NCBI GenBank assembly: GCA_965649765.1
Contig: OZ287757.1
Span: forward strand, 31,682,001-31,746,000
Length of the DNA: 64,000 nt
Reading direction: 5' to 3'
Origin: Bispira polyomma
Lineage: Eukaryota
The notes below the pieces were generated by a model that was not told the origin of the DNA, did not search any database, and saw only the letters and a list, made by a program, of their open reading frames with translations. This document shows, piece after piece, positions 11,690 through 24,900 of the stretch (position 1 is the stretch's first letter; each line of letters opens with the position of its first letter). The translations under genes were made by a program, and so were the position numbers.

Positions 11690-12025
11690 CTGAGTTCAAA
11701 TTGTGTTTGTGTTTAAGTTGTTTTTGCATTGGACTTGTGTTCAAACTGTGTTTGTGTTCAAGCTGAGTGCAAGTTGTGTTTGTGTTCAAGCTGAGTGCAA
11801 GTTGTGTTTGTGTTCAAGCTGGTTTTAAAATTGTGTTTGTGTTCCAGTTGGGGTTGTGCTGACCTTGTGTTCAAGTTGTGTTTGTGTTGGCCTTGTGTTC
11901 AAGTTGTCGTGCTGATCTTGTGTCTAAATTGTGTTGTGATGCATGTCCTAATAATGTGGAATGGCAATACCTTAAAATATTTATGGTGTTAATAACTAAA
12001 TAAAAACAACTTGATATAATAATAA
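11690..12025 (+). repeat. GT-rich ~340-bp repeat, copy 1 (copy 2 at 18769-19105)
   Basis: Shared (tgtgttcaag)n-like units and near-identical tail atgcatgtcctaat..atgtgga.tggcaataccttaaaatat...aacaacttgatataa. Confidence 0.85.
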
Positions 12026-12190
12026 TTATAACTTTATTCATCCAAAAGACACACCTAAAATATTGTATATGTGATCACACATACATGTGACATAGAATTC
12101 TAAATAGATTAAATACAATCAATGCTATTTATTACATGACAAATAACATTACATAGACATACAAATAAAAATTTGCTACTGAGGCTATAT

Positions 12191-15100
12191 TGACCAGCAA
12201 GCATACTTTAGGGGGCTGATGTGTCATTTCCAAAAACACATCTTTTGAACTATTTTTGTTACACACTCTGTCCATTATGAACTGGACACTGACCATAAGC
12301 ATTTTACACACCTCCCTCAATTAGGTTGTGTCCCCTAACATACAATCTGCCATTTTAACCCCAGCAAGACAAGGGTAAACACGAGAATAGCAAATGTGTT
12401 GAAAAAGGATTATTTTATATTTTATGAACTTGTTCAGCGTTTTTATATTGTTTTTAGTTTATGTTTGTTTTGAATATTAAATACACTTGTTCATAATACT
12501 ACCGTTATGGGACACCAGAAAGAAAACACCAGCAAGTGCTCCACAGAAGAATAAGACTACCATCGTCAAAAAATCAACCAGAGGTACTGTATCTGTCCGT
12601 TCGGATCCGGTAGTACAAAACTTAAAAATACCCCTATCTGAAGCTAGTACCAGTGGCAACCTGGACAGTCAAATGCTTGCCATTCTTCAGCATCTGGAGA
12701 CGGCCAATGTAGAAATAAACAGGCAGCTAGACCGAGTAGAGGCCAGAGGGACCCATAACTCCACACCGCTTGCGTCACCGAGTAGTCCCTACAATGACTC
12801 ATTAGCGGATCTGCGTCACCAGAATGTTCCCATTCAGACGACACACGTTCCTACTAACCCGACGATTCAACCAGTCACCAATTAACGGACATCAACGCTA
12901 CTTGGTCAAGACTACCCACGGGTGGATATTCTACACAACCTTCTTGAAATTACCGCTGCCATTAACTTGCGACTAGCAGAATATGACACTCGATATGCAC
13001 ATGACCTTGCTGAAGGTAAGACAACCACCAGACTAAAGTTGTGTAGATACAATTCTACTGATGTATGTTTAGCCGAGCCCCAGTTAAGATGGCCCAATGA
13101 GGGCTGGGTTAGAGGTACAGCCCATAAGAAAATGCAATTTGACGAGCTGTCTTTATCACAGTGGGCAGCTGGCCAGTTGGGCAACGTAGTCCAGGCAACA
13201 GAATGTATTTCAGTAATGAAATTTATGTTAAACCAGATGATCTACACCTTGAGAGACTCACACACTCTGCCCTGGCCAGCGGTTTGAACTATGTGGGGCC
13301 ATAATATGCAAGAGATAGAGGAAGGAAGACTTGACTGTTCCAATACCACACAATGGGCCCTGAATCGCCTTAGCTTATAATAACTGGCTCTGGTAAATGG
13401 CCATTCCTAGCACACCTCGTTGAATCAGTAGAAGGCCAAGGTTATCTGTAAATACTTCAACAGCGGTTCGTGTAGTCACGACGGTGATTGTAGTCAATAC
13501 AAGCATCATTACTCATATTGTTTTAAAGTGATAAACAAGGAAAATATTTACCCTGAGTTTAAATGTCTGAAAGACAACTCTTCAAACACTAAGTCTGGCA
13601 GCTAGGATGGAGGTTGACGACCAAGTACAGTTGTTAACAATGTTAATTGTAGTAGAGATATCAAAGTCGTGAATTTAAAAGTATGTAAGAATATTAAAAA
13701 CAGAAACAGCATAGTTCATGCAGTTAATTCAGGCAATAGTAAAAAGATAAATAATAGTCAAGAAAATATTGAAATTAATGTGATTACTAATGTCAACTCG
13801 CCTGTTATTGGAAAACATGACGACATTATTGCAGAGCAGGGTGAGCAAAAAAGTCATAACGTATACCAAAATGGGGGTCATTATAATTCTTATTAGTCAA
13901 ATTTGAATTACAAAAATTTCAATAATGCACCCATGTATTTTGGTACATGGAACTTAGTCTGCAAAATGTCAGTCATGAACTTTGAATATGTGACAATCAA
14001 CCAGTAGTTTATTAACATGTGGCAGATTACACAGAAATTTTAGGTTTTTACTGTGAAAGTTATAACTCATTTTCCAACAACTCCACTTATACTCCACCTG
14101 GGGTAATAGCCAGTTTTCCTTTTGGGGTTTCTTACACACTCAATACTAGAGTCAATATTGACTATAACTCAGTAAGAATGAAATCTCTTAACAAAATTCA
14201 AATTATGTATGCAAAATTGTCCCACGATAACCACAGTAGGGACCTGGAATGCCATAATTTATTTAGTCATGATTATACCACATATATGCAGCATGTTAGT
14301 GACTGTATTATTGAACAGGATGATTTAAATACTAAGAAATCGAAAATACTTTGGAAGACAAGTAAATATCAAAGTGTAAGTATGCTCGAACGTGCATCTG
14401 TCAACATAAGTGACGCCGTGATCCAGTCAGTGGGCTCAACCTCGCTCTCCGAATGTTCTCGAAAAAAATGCTTTCATTAAGGACATTTGTGATCCCAACA
14501 TAACAGTAGGTTTCATAAAACTTTCAAATAAGGAATTCCACATCACTGGACCTGACAGTGATTCAGTTACAGTTGACTCATTTAACACCATGTGCGGTAT
14601 TGCTGACACAATAAGGTCAACAGGGGTGCCCAATTACAAGCTAGAATTCCCATTACGTGTGGTTTAAACTTAGAAGCGTGGAAGAATATTATGCGTGGTC
14701 ACCATGCGCGTCGACCCAGTAGTCCAATTTGGCATAAAATGGGATGACAAATATTACCTGGATCCGGTGGTGGCGTTTCGCTGGGCCCACGGCAGTGCAG
14801 CCTTCCAGCGATGTTCTGACATAATAGCTGACCACATGAAGAAACTAGGTTACACTTTACACTGCTACATAGATGATTATCTTTGCGCATGCCCAAGGGA
14901 CGGAGCCAAGGAAGGCTTTGCTAAATTGTGTGATCTGTTAAATGACTTAGGTCTTCCTATAAACCCAGGTAAACTCCCCCCCCCCTCTACTGAGGTAACA
15001 CAATAAGCATTACCAAAGAAAAAATACAACTGATATACACAGACTGCATTGAAGCTCGTAGTATAGTCTGTCTTTCCTGTACACTGCTCCAATCAGTATG

Positions 15101-18100
15101 AGGCAAGCTCCTCTACATACATAAATGTGTGAAGCAAGCCAGGTGATTTGTAAACAGACTCCTAGCAGTATTTAGGGCTTCCCAAAATGCCAAGCGTTTT
15201 AAGGTTACTAATAACATAAAGAAAGACCTTGATTGGTTCATTCAATTTCTACCCAATTACAACAGTGTTACATATTATAATCCACAAGATATAAAAGCAG
15301 TCCATGAATTCCATCTAGACGCCTGTCTCACGGGATGGGGACTATATAGGGACAAGAAGTTTATTTTACTCCAGTATTAAATATATATGGTCAAAAATTA
15401 GCCATTACTCAGTTAGAAATGCTTAATGTAGTTATCGCTTTGAAAGTATGGGGTAAGGACTGGGAACACCATCGTGTCATTATTAACTGTGACGACATGG
15501 CAGTTGTACAGGTCGTCAAGACTGGTAAGACCAGAGATTCCTTCCTTGCTGCATGTGTTAGTATTTGGCTGCTTAGTGCCATACAAGACATAACTATACA
15601 AATCCAACACATAAGGGGTAAGGCAGATATATATATGCTGACGCGTTATTGCATATATATTTAGAGCATCCACCTAGTAAAGAAATACTACACTCTCTTA
15701 GTAATTGTACACGTAAAGTCGTGCCTATTTAATACTACAACTTAGATTCTCATAAAAAATTTCAGGTTTCACAGCAGCATCTTCATCTCAAAGCTGCCAT
15801 CCAAAGGCTACAGTCAGCACTCAGGCCATCAACTACTTCAGCATATACATCACAGTTTAAGGCTTTAGTAACGTAAACACAAAAAACGATCGCCGTTCGC
15901 CACGTTATGTGTGCTGGAGCTTCTCAGAAACTGCACAACTTTTTCTTTGAGGCCTTAAACTCGATTTATGGATAACATATTTATATTTTCATGAGTAGAA
16001 ATGAAAATTAATGACATATATTTTAATTATTTAGTAATTTATATATTTTACATATAATTTTATCAGGTATTTTGAGACGTACAATACATATAGCAGTCTG
16101 TAAAATTGTAACTAAAATGGGCAATATTTTCAAAGTACATGCTTCACAAACGTGACACAATTCATACACCAAAAAGGGATCAATACTGAAGTATTGGGCA
16201 TGACTAGAAAAAGGAAAACATCACCATTATTTTAAATGAATTCGTTTTCAATAAAAGCAAAAAACAGGTATAATTTTTGAAAAACATAAAAGTTACACTC
16301 TTCTAAACAGAAAGATGTTTTGTCTTCTTCGTTTTTACAAAATAAGGAAACATATTGAAAAATGTAAATCATTGGAAATAATATACACGTTTTTTTTTAG
16401 TTGTGTAGCATATATATTGTGTTCATATATGCTGGATCAATACTCGTATTGTGTCACAATAGAAAGGACTCTCTGCGAGATTTGTTTACAAATATGACGT
16501 TCTATCAGACATTTTAAATTGTGTGACGTAACAATACAAGAATCGCTGTATGGGTGTTTTTATAGTTTTACAGCAAAGCATTACCCGTTCAATTTGTTTG
16601 GACATATAAAATGGTTAAAAACCCTAATAAAATAGACTTTTAAAGTCGTTATAGTCGTGATATAGAGTAGAAATGGCCACTCGTAAAGTATCATACTTTA
16701 TCGCGGACGTGTTTTTGTGTTTACGTTACTAACACCTTAAGACATTCCTAGCTTTTCTGCACTATGTACAGATACAAGAAATCTCTGTTCACTTTATTTT
16801 AACGTTTATGGAATATTTAGTACAGAATAAACTCTCACCAAGAGCGGTAAAGAACAATTTAGCAGCATTGATGTTCATGACCTAAAAGTACAATATCCTT
16901 CTTGACATATTTTAACATAATGTCATTTCCCTGTTCATCAGGTGTCTTACACATAACTCCCAATTCAGGCCAACACCTAAGGGTGTATTCACAATTAAAC
17001 ACATTTTTCTCATATCACAAGCCTGTGAAATTCTACAAGACCCTATTCTATACAAATCAATCTTCTTAGTTGCTTTTTATGGCTTCTTAAGGATGTCCAA
17101 TATTGCACCACACTCCAGGGCTAAGTTTGACCCAACAAGTCACTTGCTACGACAAGATGTAATCTGTGCCCCTCCCCCCAGGTTATCAAATGGGCCAAAA
17201 ATATGCAGGATAGGTCATCATCACACATAATTCAATTTCCTGTAATTTCTGTTCCACATATGTGTCCTAGTGCTGGCCCTCACAACACTCATTAACTCGA
17301 GACACACTGGTCCTTCTGCTCCTTTATTAGCTGGTTCCACTTTGCCACACCACCCCATAATTGATTCACACATCCGATCTGTACTCAGACAAATACTACA
17401 ACACCTTGAAATTGACCCATCATTCCATGGCTTTCATATATTTTGCAGATCGGGTGCTACAGCAACTTTCAACAATAATGTATCACTCCAGAACATTATG
17501 GCACATGGTCTTTGGCGTAGTTCAGCCATATGGACATACCTCCAATTCACTTCACAAGCAGCTGCTGTAGTCTCCTCCACTGTTTCCACAATCATACCCT
17601 CTTCCCTCTAGTTGGGTTTGGGCTTATTTTAAAATTTTATTTCACAATATTTTATTAAACTCCAACCTGTCTCTGTACATATTCATTAACATGTACAGAA
17701 CAATAAAACCGCAAACAGCATCTTTTATTTTCACATTCTTTACTACTATTTCCAATAGGTAATTCCACATATCTTAACTCCCACTTACAATAGTGAACAG
17801 TGACTAGCAAGCGCACATTAGGGACTGATATGTCCGTTCCAAAAACACATCTTTAAAACTATTCTTGTTACACACTCTGTCTATCATAAACTGGACAATG
17901 ACCAATTAGCATTTAACACACCTCTCTTAATTGGCTTGTGTGTCCCCTCACAAACAATCTGCCATTTTAACCCCAGCAAGACAAGGGTAAACATGTGAAT
18001 AGCAAATCCAGCCACCCTCCCCTTCCATTTCTTGTAAGGCACTTATATCAGAAAATTATAAGGGAATGTGAGTTGATCCTGGCGGGGAGATCCGGGTCTG

Positions 18101-18712
18101 GAGCCGTCTGGTGGGGGTCCTTCCTTCCCATCTCTCGCCTGAGCATTATGCTTAGGGAGCCAGGGTGGAATAAGGGCGCTAGGAGGAGGGACTTTCCCGC
18201 TGCTAAGCGATTAGGTTTCCAGGGCCCCTAACCCCCAATCTACTCCACTGGTTTCAGCAATCATTTGAGTATACTGAAACTGTAACTTACATATTATTGC
18301 TTCAATGTACTATCAGCAAGTCAAATTGCACGACCTGGGAAAGGTCACATCTGTTGTAATATGACCTAAAGGTCATTTTTCATATGCTCTGGGCTAGTCC
18401 CTTAACGGTATTGTAGCAGTAACTATTTTAGTTCAATTGTAACATGACTACTTATATGTTGTTCTACTTATTGTAGTGATTGTACTTTCTACTTGTATGT
18501 CCGCAGTTTATGGACTTATTGCTTCTGCGTGGGCTTATTTTAAAAAAAAAATTACAATATTTTAATATACTCTAACTTGTCTTTGTACATATTCATTAAC
18601 ATGTACAGAAAAAAAACGCAAACAGCATGTTTTGTTCTCACATTCTTCACCAGTACTTCCAATGGGTAATTCTACATATCTTCACTCCACTCACAATAGG
18701 GAACTGACACTA
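12191..18712 (+). mobile_element. YR-D: decayed Ngaro-type retrotransposon with split direct repeats A1-ORFs-B1-A2-spacer-B2
   Basis: A1 12191-12395 matches A2 17801-18007; B1 17620-17806 matches B2 18531-18712. gag ~12507-13605; pol 13606-~15755 (YIDD at ~14866); YR 15766-17611. Confidence 0.88.
15861..16736. mobile_element. Non-autonomous Kolobok-like TIR element (MITE) inserted in the YR gene of YR-D
   Basis: TTAA on both sides (15857-15860 and 16737-16740). TIRs ggctttagtaacgtaaacacaaaaa and tttttgtgtttacgttactaacacc (GG...CC termini). Removing it restores QFKTFLAFL, as in YR-A. Confidence 0.88.
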
Positions 18713-18768
18713 ATTCACTTGATGTTACAACATGTTTCTCTAGACTAATTTATTACTCTGGACTAATT

Positions 18769-19105
18769 GAGTTCAAATTGTGTTTGTGTTCAAGGTTTGT
18801 TGGTTTTGACATTGTGTTCAAGTTGTGTTTGCGTTGGACTTGTGTTCAAACTGTGTTCGTGTTCAAGTTGAGTTCAAGTCGTGTTTGTCTTCAAGCTAGT
18901 TTCAAATTGTGTTCGCGTTCCAGTTGGGTTTGTGCTGACTTTGTGTTCAAGTTGTGTTCGTGTTGGCCTTGTGTTCAATTTGTCATTGTGTTGATTGTGT
19001 GTTCAAATTGGGTTATGATGCATGTCCTAATCATGTGGAGTGGCAATACCTTAAAATATCCATTGTGTTAATAACTAAATAAAACAACTTGATATAACAA
19101 TAAAA
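18769..19105 (+). repeat. GT-rich ~340-bp repeat, copy 2
   Basis: Direct repeat of 11690-12025. Confidence 0.85.
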
Positions 19106-19173
19106 ATTTCTTTACCACAATAATAACAAAGATATACCCGACTAACCAAGTATTTATATAAATCCTTTTAGGT

Positions 19174-20320
19174 CTATATCATTTGGTCCTGCCAGAGAAC
19201 AGCCCATTTTTTTGCTGGCCAACCCCTTCTGTTGCTGGCCAGTCCTGTTTGCACAATTTTCCTCTGGTGAATTCTGTAAGTCTGCATGTGTAGTCTAGGG
19301 CCCAGGTACAACACCGTATTCATTATCCTCAGCATCCGGAAGGACATCATGGACTGTAGGGTACCTCTTTTTCATGATGTTATGCAATGTAACAGTGTAA
19401 CAAACAAGAACAATGTAGCATTTTCAACTATACGCCTTACTGCGGGTAGTCTATAGTTAAATATGCTTTATGCATCTGAGAAATGTCGGGCCGAGGGTAG
19501 CATCATCATCCAAGTCTTTAAATTAAATGCATTGTCAGCAACTAGAAAATATGATACGTCACTGTCATCACCTGGTAATAGATCAGCAGCTGGCAAACCA
19601 ATGGAATCCCTTCAGATCACAGTCATTAAATACCTGGGTATATGGGTAACAACCATTACAGCAACTGCCTAAATCCACCCACAAGAAGTGGTAGTCAGCG
19701 TCTGCCAGAGCCAGCAGGATACTAGAATAAAACCCTGAATGGGGACACTTTATGGCCCCATTCTTGGTGGAAATTACATCAACTACCAAACAGTTCTGCA
19801 TTGTCTTTCTATCCATGGGTTGTGCTTGAACTTAACATCTCCCCTTTCTCTGTAGGCCTCAATGATGGCTTCACAGACCTCAAGGACGATGGTGGAAATG
19901 GCGTTATGAGCAAAGCTGTACATCAGGCTTCTGTATGAGTCCTGCAGGCTAGATAACAAAGTGTGCTGGCCAACTTCAAACCAGGTGCCAATGGCTGCCA
20001 GTACTTTTCTTCTCTATCAGGGCCCCACTCTTTCAAGAAGCTCTGTAACCAGCTCGGACTCCATAAGGACATTGTTCCTAAAGGCAGCCATATGTTTAAG
20101 CTCCAACTCATGCATGTGGCTTTCATACTAGTCTCATTGGCAACCAGGGTCAGACTCATTAGGCTCTCCTTCTAGGTATTCTTCTAACAAGCCTCCTTCC
20201 AAAGTAGTTTTTAGATAGCTGCATCATTTATCTTGTTAATATATAATTCAACTGAATGAAACCCTGCAGCAATGCAACATGAAGAGCTGGCTGTACATTT
20301 ATTGAACATTGGCATGAACA
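19174..20320 (-). pseudogene. PIF/Harbinger (HARBI1-like) DDE transposase relic
   Basis: Fragments LAPGLKLA..L.YLA, YSSILLALADADYHFLWVDLG, DDAF-like, LHN and terminal WQDQMI*. Multiple frameshifts; 5' limit approximate. Confidence 0.8.
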
Positions 20321-20769
20321 CATTGGCATCTGAATTGTTAAATAAGCCATCATTCCGAACTGCACACTTTAAAAAACCGGTTCCAGCACCGCTCCCCCAG
20401 CCGTAGACCAACTGTGGAATATCCTTATCTTGCCGTATATTGTTGTAACTGTTCTTAACCCTTACCATTTTAAACCTTCCACTACCTTGTATAACCTTAT
20501 CTCATGCATGACCATTGTGGTACCTGGATCTATCAGATATATTGTGTTCATCATCCAGCGTTTTCAACTACCCGTCCCAATATAACCTACTACAGTGGAC
20601 GTTAAATATCCCAATTCAAATTCAAACTTAGGGTCATGTGGGGGTCTGGTCATGTTTTTGAACCACCTATTGGAGCTCTGGTAGGCAGGACCCACCTCTG
20701 CTAGGCAAGTCAATGCCGTAGGCCCTGGGTTCTAACAAGAAAACAGAATAATTATATGAAAAACGTCGT

Positions 20770-23170
20770 CTTAAATATTTTTCCACAAATACAATCTATC
20801 ATTAAATTTATCTTCGATTAAATTAATTCTATGCCGCATCCTTTGTTCCTCGTATTTTCACTTGATTTCATTTTGCAAATGATAAATGTTTAATTTGTAA
20901 CTTTTCCTGGAACACAAAAATATATATTTTCTCGTCACTAGGAATATTCTGGATAATCTTTGCAAAAATTACATAAATTGCTTGTTGAAAGTTTTTTTTT
21001 ATACAAGTAGTCCCTAGTTCCTAATCTATAGTATTCTATATTGAAACCAAATATAGCTGTTGTCATTTACACTTTTAAAGCAAACTTTGTAAATGGTAGC
21101 CCAAATATCCTTAACTTGGTTTTTGGTATGCTCAGTTTTCAACATATTTTTACAGAAAATTTCAGCCAATGGTCTTTCATTTGAGAACTTTTATTGTATA
21201 TGTAGTAAAACTCTTTGCAGCCTTTTGTGGAATTGAGTAGCGGTTTTAAATGAAATGGATAGCTCAGCTTTTCGTACAACATTGGACCCTTCTTTTTATA
21301 ATTCATAATAATTGGTTTGACACTTGATTTAATTGTCAGATAATTTAAAATGTTAATCCTACAGTTGTATTTGCATTCTATTTCTTCTTTACTTGGTATA
21401 TCCTCATCCGATTATTTTATTATATCTCCAACTAGTTATATTCCATTTCTGAACCAGTCTGGCTATGATAGTGACTTTATTAAATGGATCAAAGTGTTTA
21501 ATATAGTACTATAATGAGTTTGACTGAGATAAGAGTTTTTTAATCCAGCTAATTTTCAGTGATTTTTTAAAATTAAATAAGTTACACATTTTTATGCCGC
21601 CTTGAAATTATTTAGCACATATAGTTTGTCTTTTAATTTTATCTGGCTTACCATCTCAAAGGAACTTATAAAGGAGATTATTTACAGTGCGCAGAAAATG
21701 TTCTGACCTTTCTATGGATGTAAAAAGATGAATACACTTGGATAATATATTTGTTTTTATGCCAGTTATTTTTCCCAATGGTGTTAAATATCGATAAGTC
21801 CATTTCCTAATCTCTATTTTTTTAATAATTTCTTTGGTGTTTTTGTAGTTTAATTCTTTTCTAGATTTGTGGAAAATTGTGGTCCTAATAAACTAAACTC
21901 AGAGTTACCCCAGTCCAGGATTTCTGTGACGTTTAGTTTTTCTTAAACAAGTTTTTTTTCGGCCAATCCAAATCACTTTTGTTTTTTCCTTGTTCATCTT
22001 TAAAGCAGATAGATTACCAAATACCTCTAGTGTGTTCAGAGCTGCTAGTAGAGAGTGCTGACTTCCATCGAGCATAAGAGTAGTGTCATCCACAAACAAT
22101 AATATGTGGATTCATACATATCATTTAAGATAATATTTCTGCACCTAGTAAGAACAGGTATGGTAAAATGGGATCTCCTTGTCTCAATTGAAATAGGTTC
22201 TGATAAAACACCACACTGTAATACATATGCTGTAATGTCAGTATTAAACACTTTGATCCATTTAATAAAGTCACTATCGTAGCCAAAAAATTTCAAAACA
22301 CTGAATCAAAAGCCTTTTCAATTTAATCAGCATAGGAAGACCTGGTATATTTTTAAGTTCAGTTGAGTGCAGTAAGTCAGAAATTAATCTAGTATCTTCA
22401 CTTATTGATCTGCCCTTAATAAAGCCAGTTTGAGACTGTGATATAACTGTATCCAGGGTTTTTTCAATCTTTCTGCTATGGCACCTGAAGTTAATTTGTA
22501 GATTACAGATAGCAAAGAACTGGGACGCCAAATTTTTAAATTAGTTATAGCTTTACTGCCTTTGTAAAGATACTGCCTATCTTTGGTAAACAAGTTATTA
22601 TACATTGACGGAGTGTGGTTGACAAGTGATGTTTTAAAAAGCAAGTGTTCACTGCATCACCAATGAAAAATTGCAGTTTTCTCTAAAATACTTTCAAAAA
22701 TTCTGCCGTAATACCGTCCATACCTGGGGTTTTGTTATGTGTTTTTTTTTTTTTTTCAAAACTAAAGCTTATTCTTTAACAGTAATTAGTTGGCCTAAAT
22801 CTTTGCAAGACACCTTAATAGTTTCAGTATTTTGAAAAGTTCAGCCAAGTTGATTTGATACTTATTTTGTCATCCCTACTTTTAAAGAGGTTAACATAAT
22901 ATTCACGGATGTGTGTGGCACTTCTTTTTGCTTTGTCACAAGTGAGCCATCCTTTAACATTATTTTCAAAAAGTTCAAATTATACACCGGCAGTGCATAT
23001 TTAACCTTTTCTTCGTCAATTACCTTGTTTAATAAAGTAATATATTCTAGTATTTCCAAAAGACTATTGCTAAGTTTCCGGATACCCCTTCTCTTGACAA
23101 ATTTATTTAGTATAATTTGCAATTCAACAATTGAATGATCAGATCTGTAGCTGGGCCTTATTTGACAGTT
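20770..23170 (-). pseudogene. LINE ORF2, 3' part (end of endonuclease, RT, C-terminus)
   Basis: SDHS, QTGFIKGR and FVDD motifs in ORF fragments 21905-23170. Heavily frameshifted. Confidence 0.85.
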
Positions 23171-23861
23171 TGTGGCGAGACGGGAGTACCCGGTTGGGTA
23201 TTTGTGGGTGTCTCCCGACACGGGTCTGTGGTGATTACCCCGCCCCACACCACCTATTGTAATCGTAGAAGTTCAACCCTGTCGTGGAACGGGTCGATGG
23301 ACGGTTGGTACTCTACAACCCGACCGTCCCCTTGTCAGCCTTCTGCCATTGCCTGTTTACTTAGGCCAAATCAATAAAGTATAGAACGTTATAGTCAAGT
23401 AGCTGCCACCAGGTTAAATTATGGCTTAACCAACCATTAGAAATATCTACCTTATCCCCTGATTTCCGTATTATTTAATACCTGGGGATGGCCAAACTCA
23501 TTGAACCCTTATCGGTAGCTATTCCCCCTTTGGTTCCAGACCAGACAAACTGTCACTAACCACCTGAGAATCCAAACCAGTCCAATTCTATAAGCCAGCG
23601 CCCTAGTGCTGGCGCTTTCAGTTCTGGGGTACCAGTCCTACCTTGCAACGTCTCAGTGATTGCGGCTAGTATAAAAGACAAGCTAATTCGAATTCTCCCA
23701 CCTTTTACACAATAACACGAACGAAGCAACTAGTATTTTATAACCTAGTATTTTACAACACTAGGATTCTATAGCAAATAGAGGAAATACAGTCATTTTA
23801 AACGTGTTTTAATTGAAAGTTTTTAGTCTGTTCTTGTTTTTGTAACTTTTACGTCTGTACA

Positions 23862-24880
23862 ATGCCTCCACTTGTTAATTGCTCCAAATGTTTGGGAAAG
23901 CATGCCCGTCCGGTAGGGGCGGGTTGTTTGTATACTGGGGAGGTTTCACAAGCTTCTGCCGAGGCCCTCGCCGAGGAGGAGGACACGTCTGATGCCATAG
24001 CTCTGGAAGGTAATGTGGACCAAATTAATAGTCAGATTTTGCTCCAGTTACAGTCCATGAGCAATATGATGGAAAGAATGGATCGGCGTGTCCAACTCAC
24101 GGAGGCGGCATTGGCGGGAGAACGAGCTCAAAATCAGGCTAGTACTTCTATTACCAGTAATGTCCCGCCAGTCATTGATACTGTAGTTGCTGCGAGTGCA
24201 CCCGAAAGTGTAGTGCCCACCATAGATTTCTTGAAAACTAATGCACAGATTCAGACACAGGTCGAATTGCGTTTGGCAGATCTAAAACGGTTGAATGAAG
24301 GCCCCACCCAAGGTAAATTGAAATCCCAAAGGGGGGGGGGGGGGTTGATGTTATAGTAAAACGGATAGTTGAATGGCCTCAGAATCATGTACTTACAGGC
24401 ACTGCTCGTTCTAGGCCTACATATGATGACTTGTCGATGAGTCAATGGGTGTGTGGTTTCCTGCGAATTGTGCAAGCTGAAAAGTCAGAGTCCATAAGGG
24501 AAACCATGCTTGAATACATGGCGAACCTGATGGAGGATTCGGAGGACTTTTCGTGGGAAGCTGCCAAAGCGTGCCATGCGGTAGTCCTTACCCACATGGA
24601 AATGGACAAGCTATCTTGGACACAAGTCGACAAACTCGACAGGCTCCGAAGAGCACACGCCCAGCGTCACGTCTCAAACTCTAATTCAAGTCACAGTTAC
24701 TTTGGTCGGGCCGGGGCCAGAAATAGTACCTCGGCCAGTAAGCAGGGCACAGCCAATTGTAAATTCTTCCAGGATGGCTCATGTAAATTTCCAAACAGCC
24801 ACAAAACGGGCAACACATATTTTAAGCATGTCTGTGATTCGTGTGGGGGCACACACAAAACCAGTAGTTGTAACAAAAAA
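23862..24880 (+). CDS. Gag-like ORF1 of YR-E, with one frameshift in a G14 run (24331-24344)
   Basis: ORFs 23862-24356 and 24431-24964 together align with the intact gag 3979-5028. Confidence 0.85.
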
Positions 24881-24900
24881 GTGCCCACTGCAGCAATGCA

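Noticed and set aside
22862-23248. Novel 128-aa minus-strand protein
   Set aside because: Chimeric read-through from the LTR-like insertion into the LINE endonuclease at 23170.
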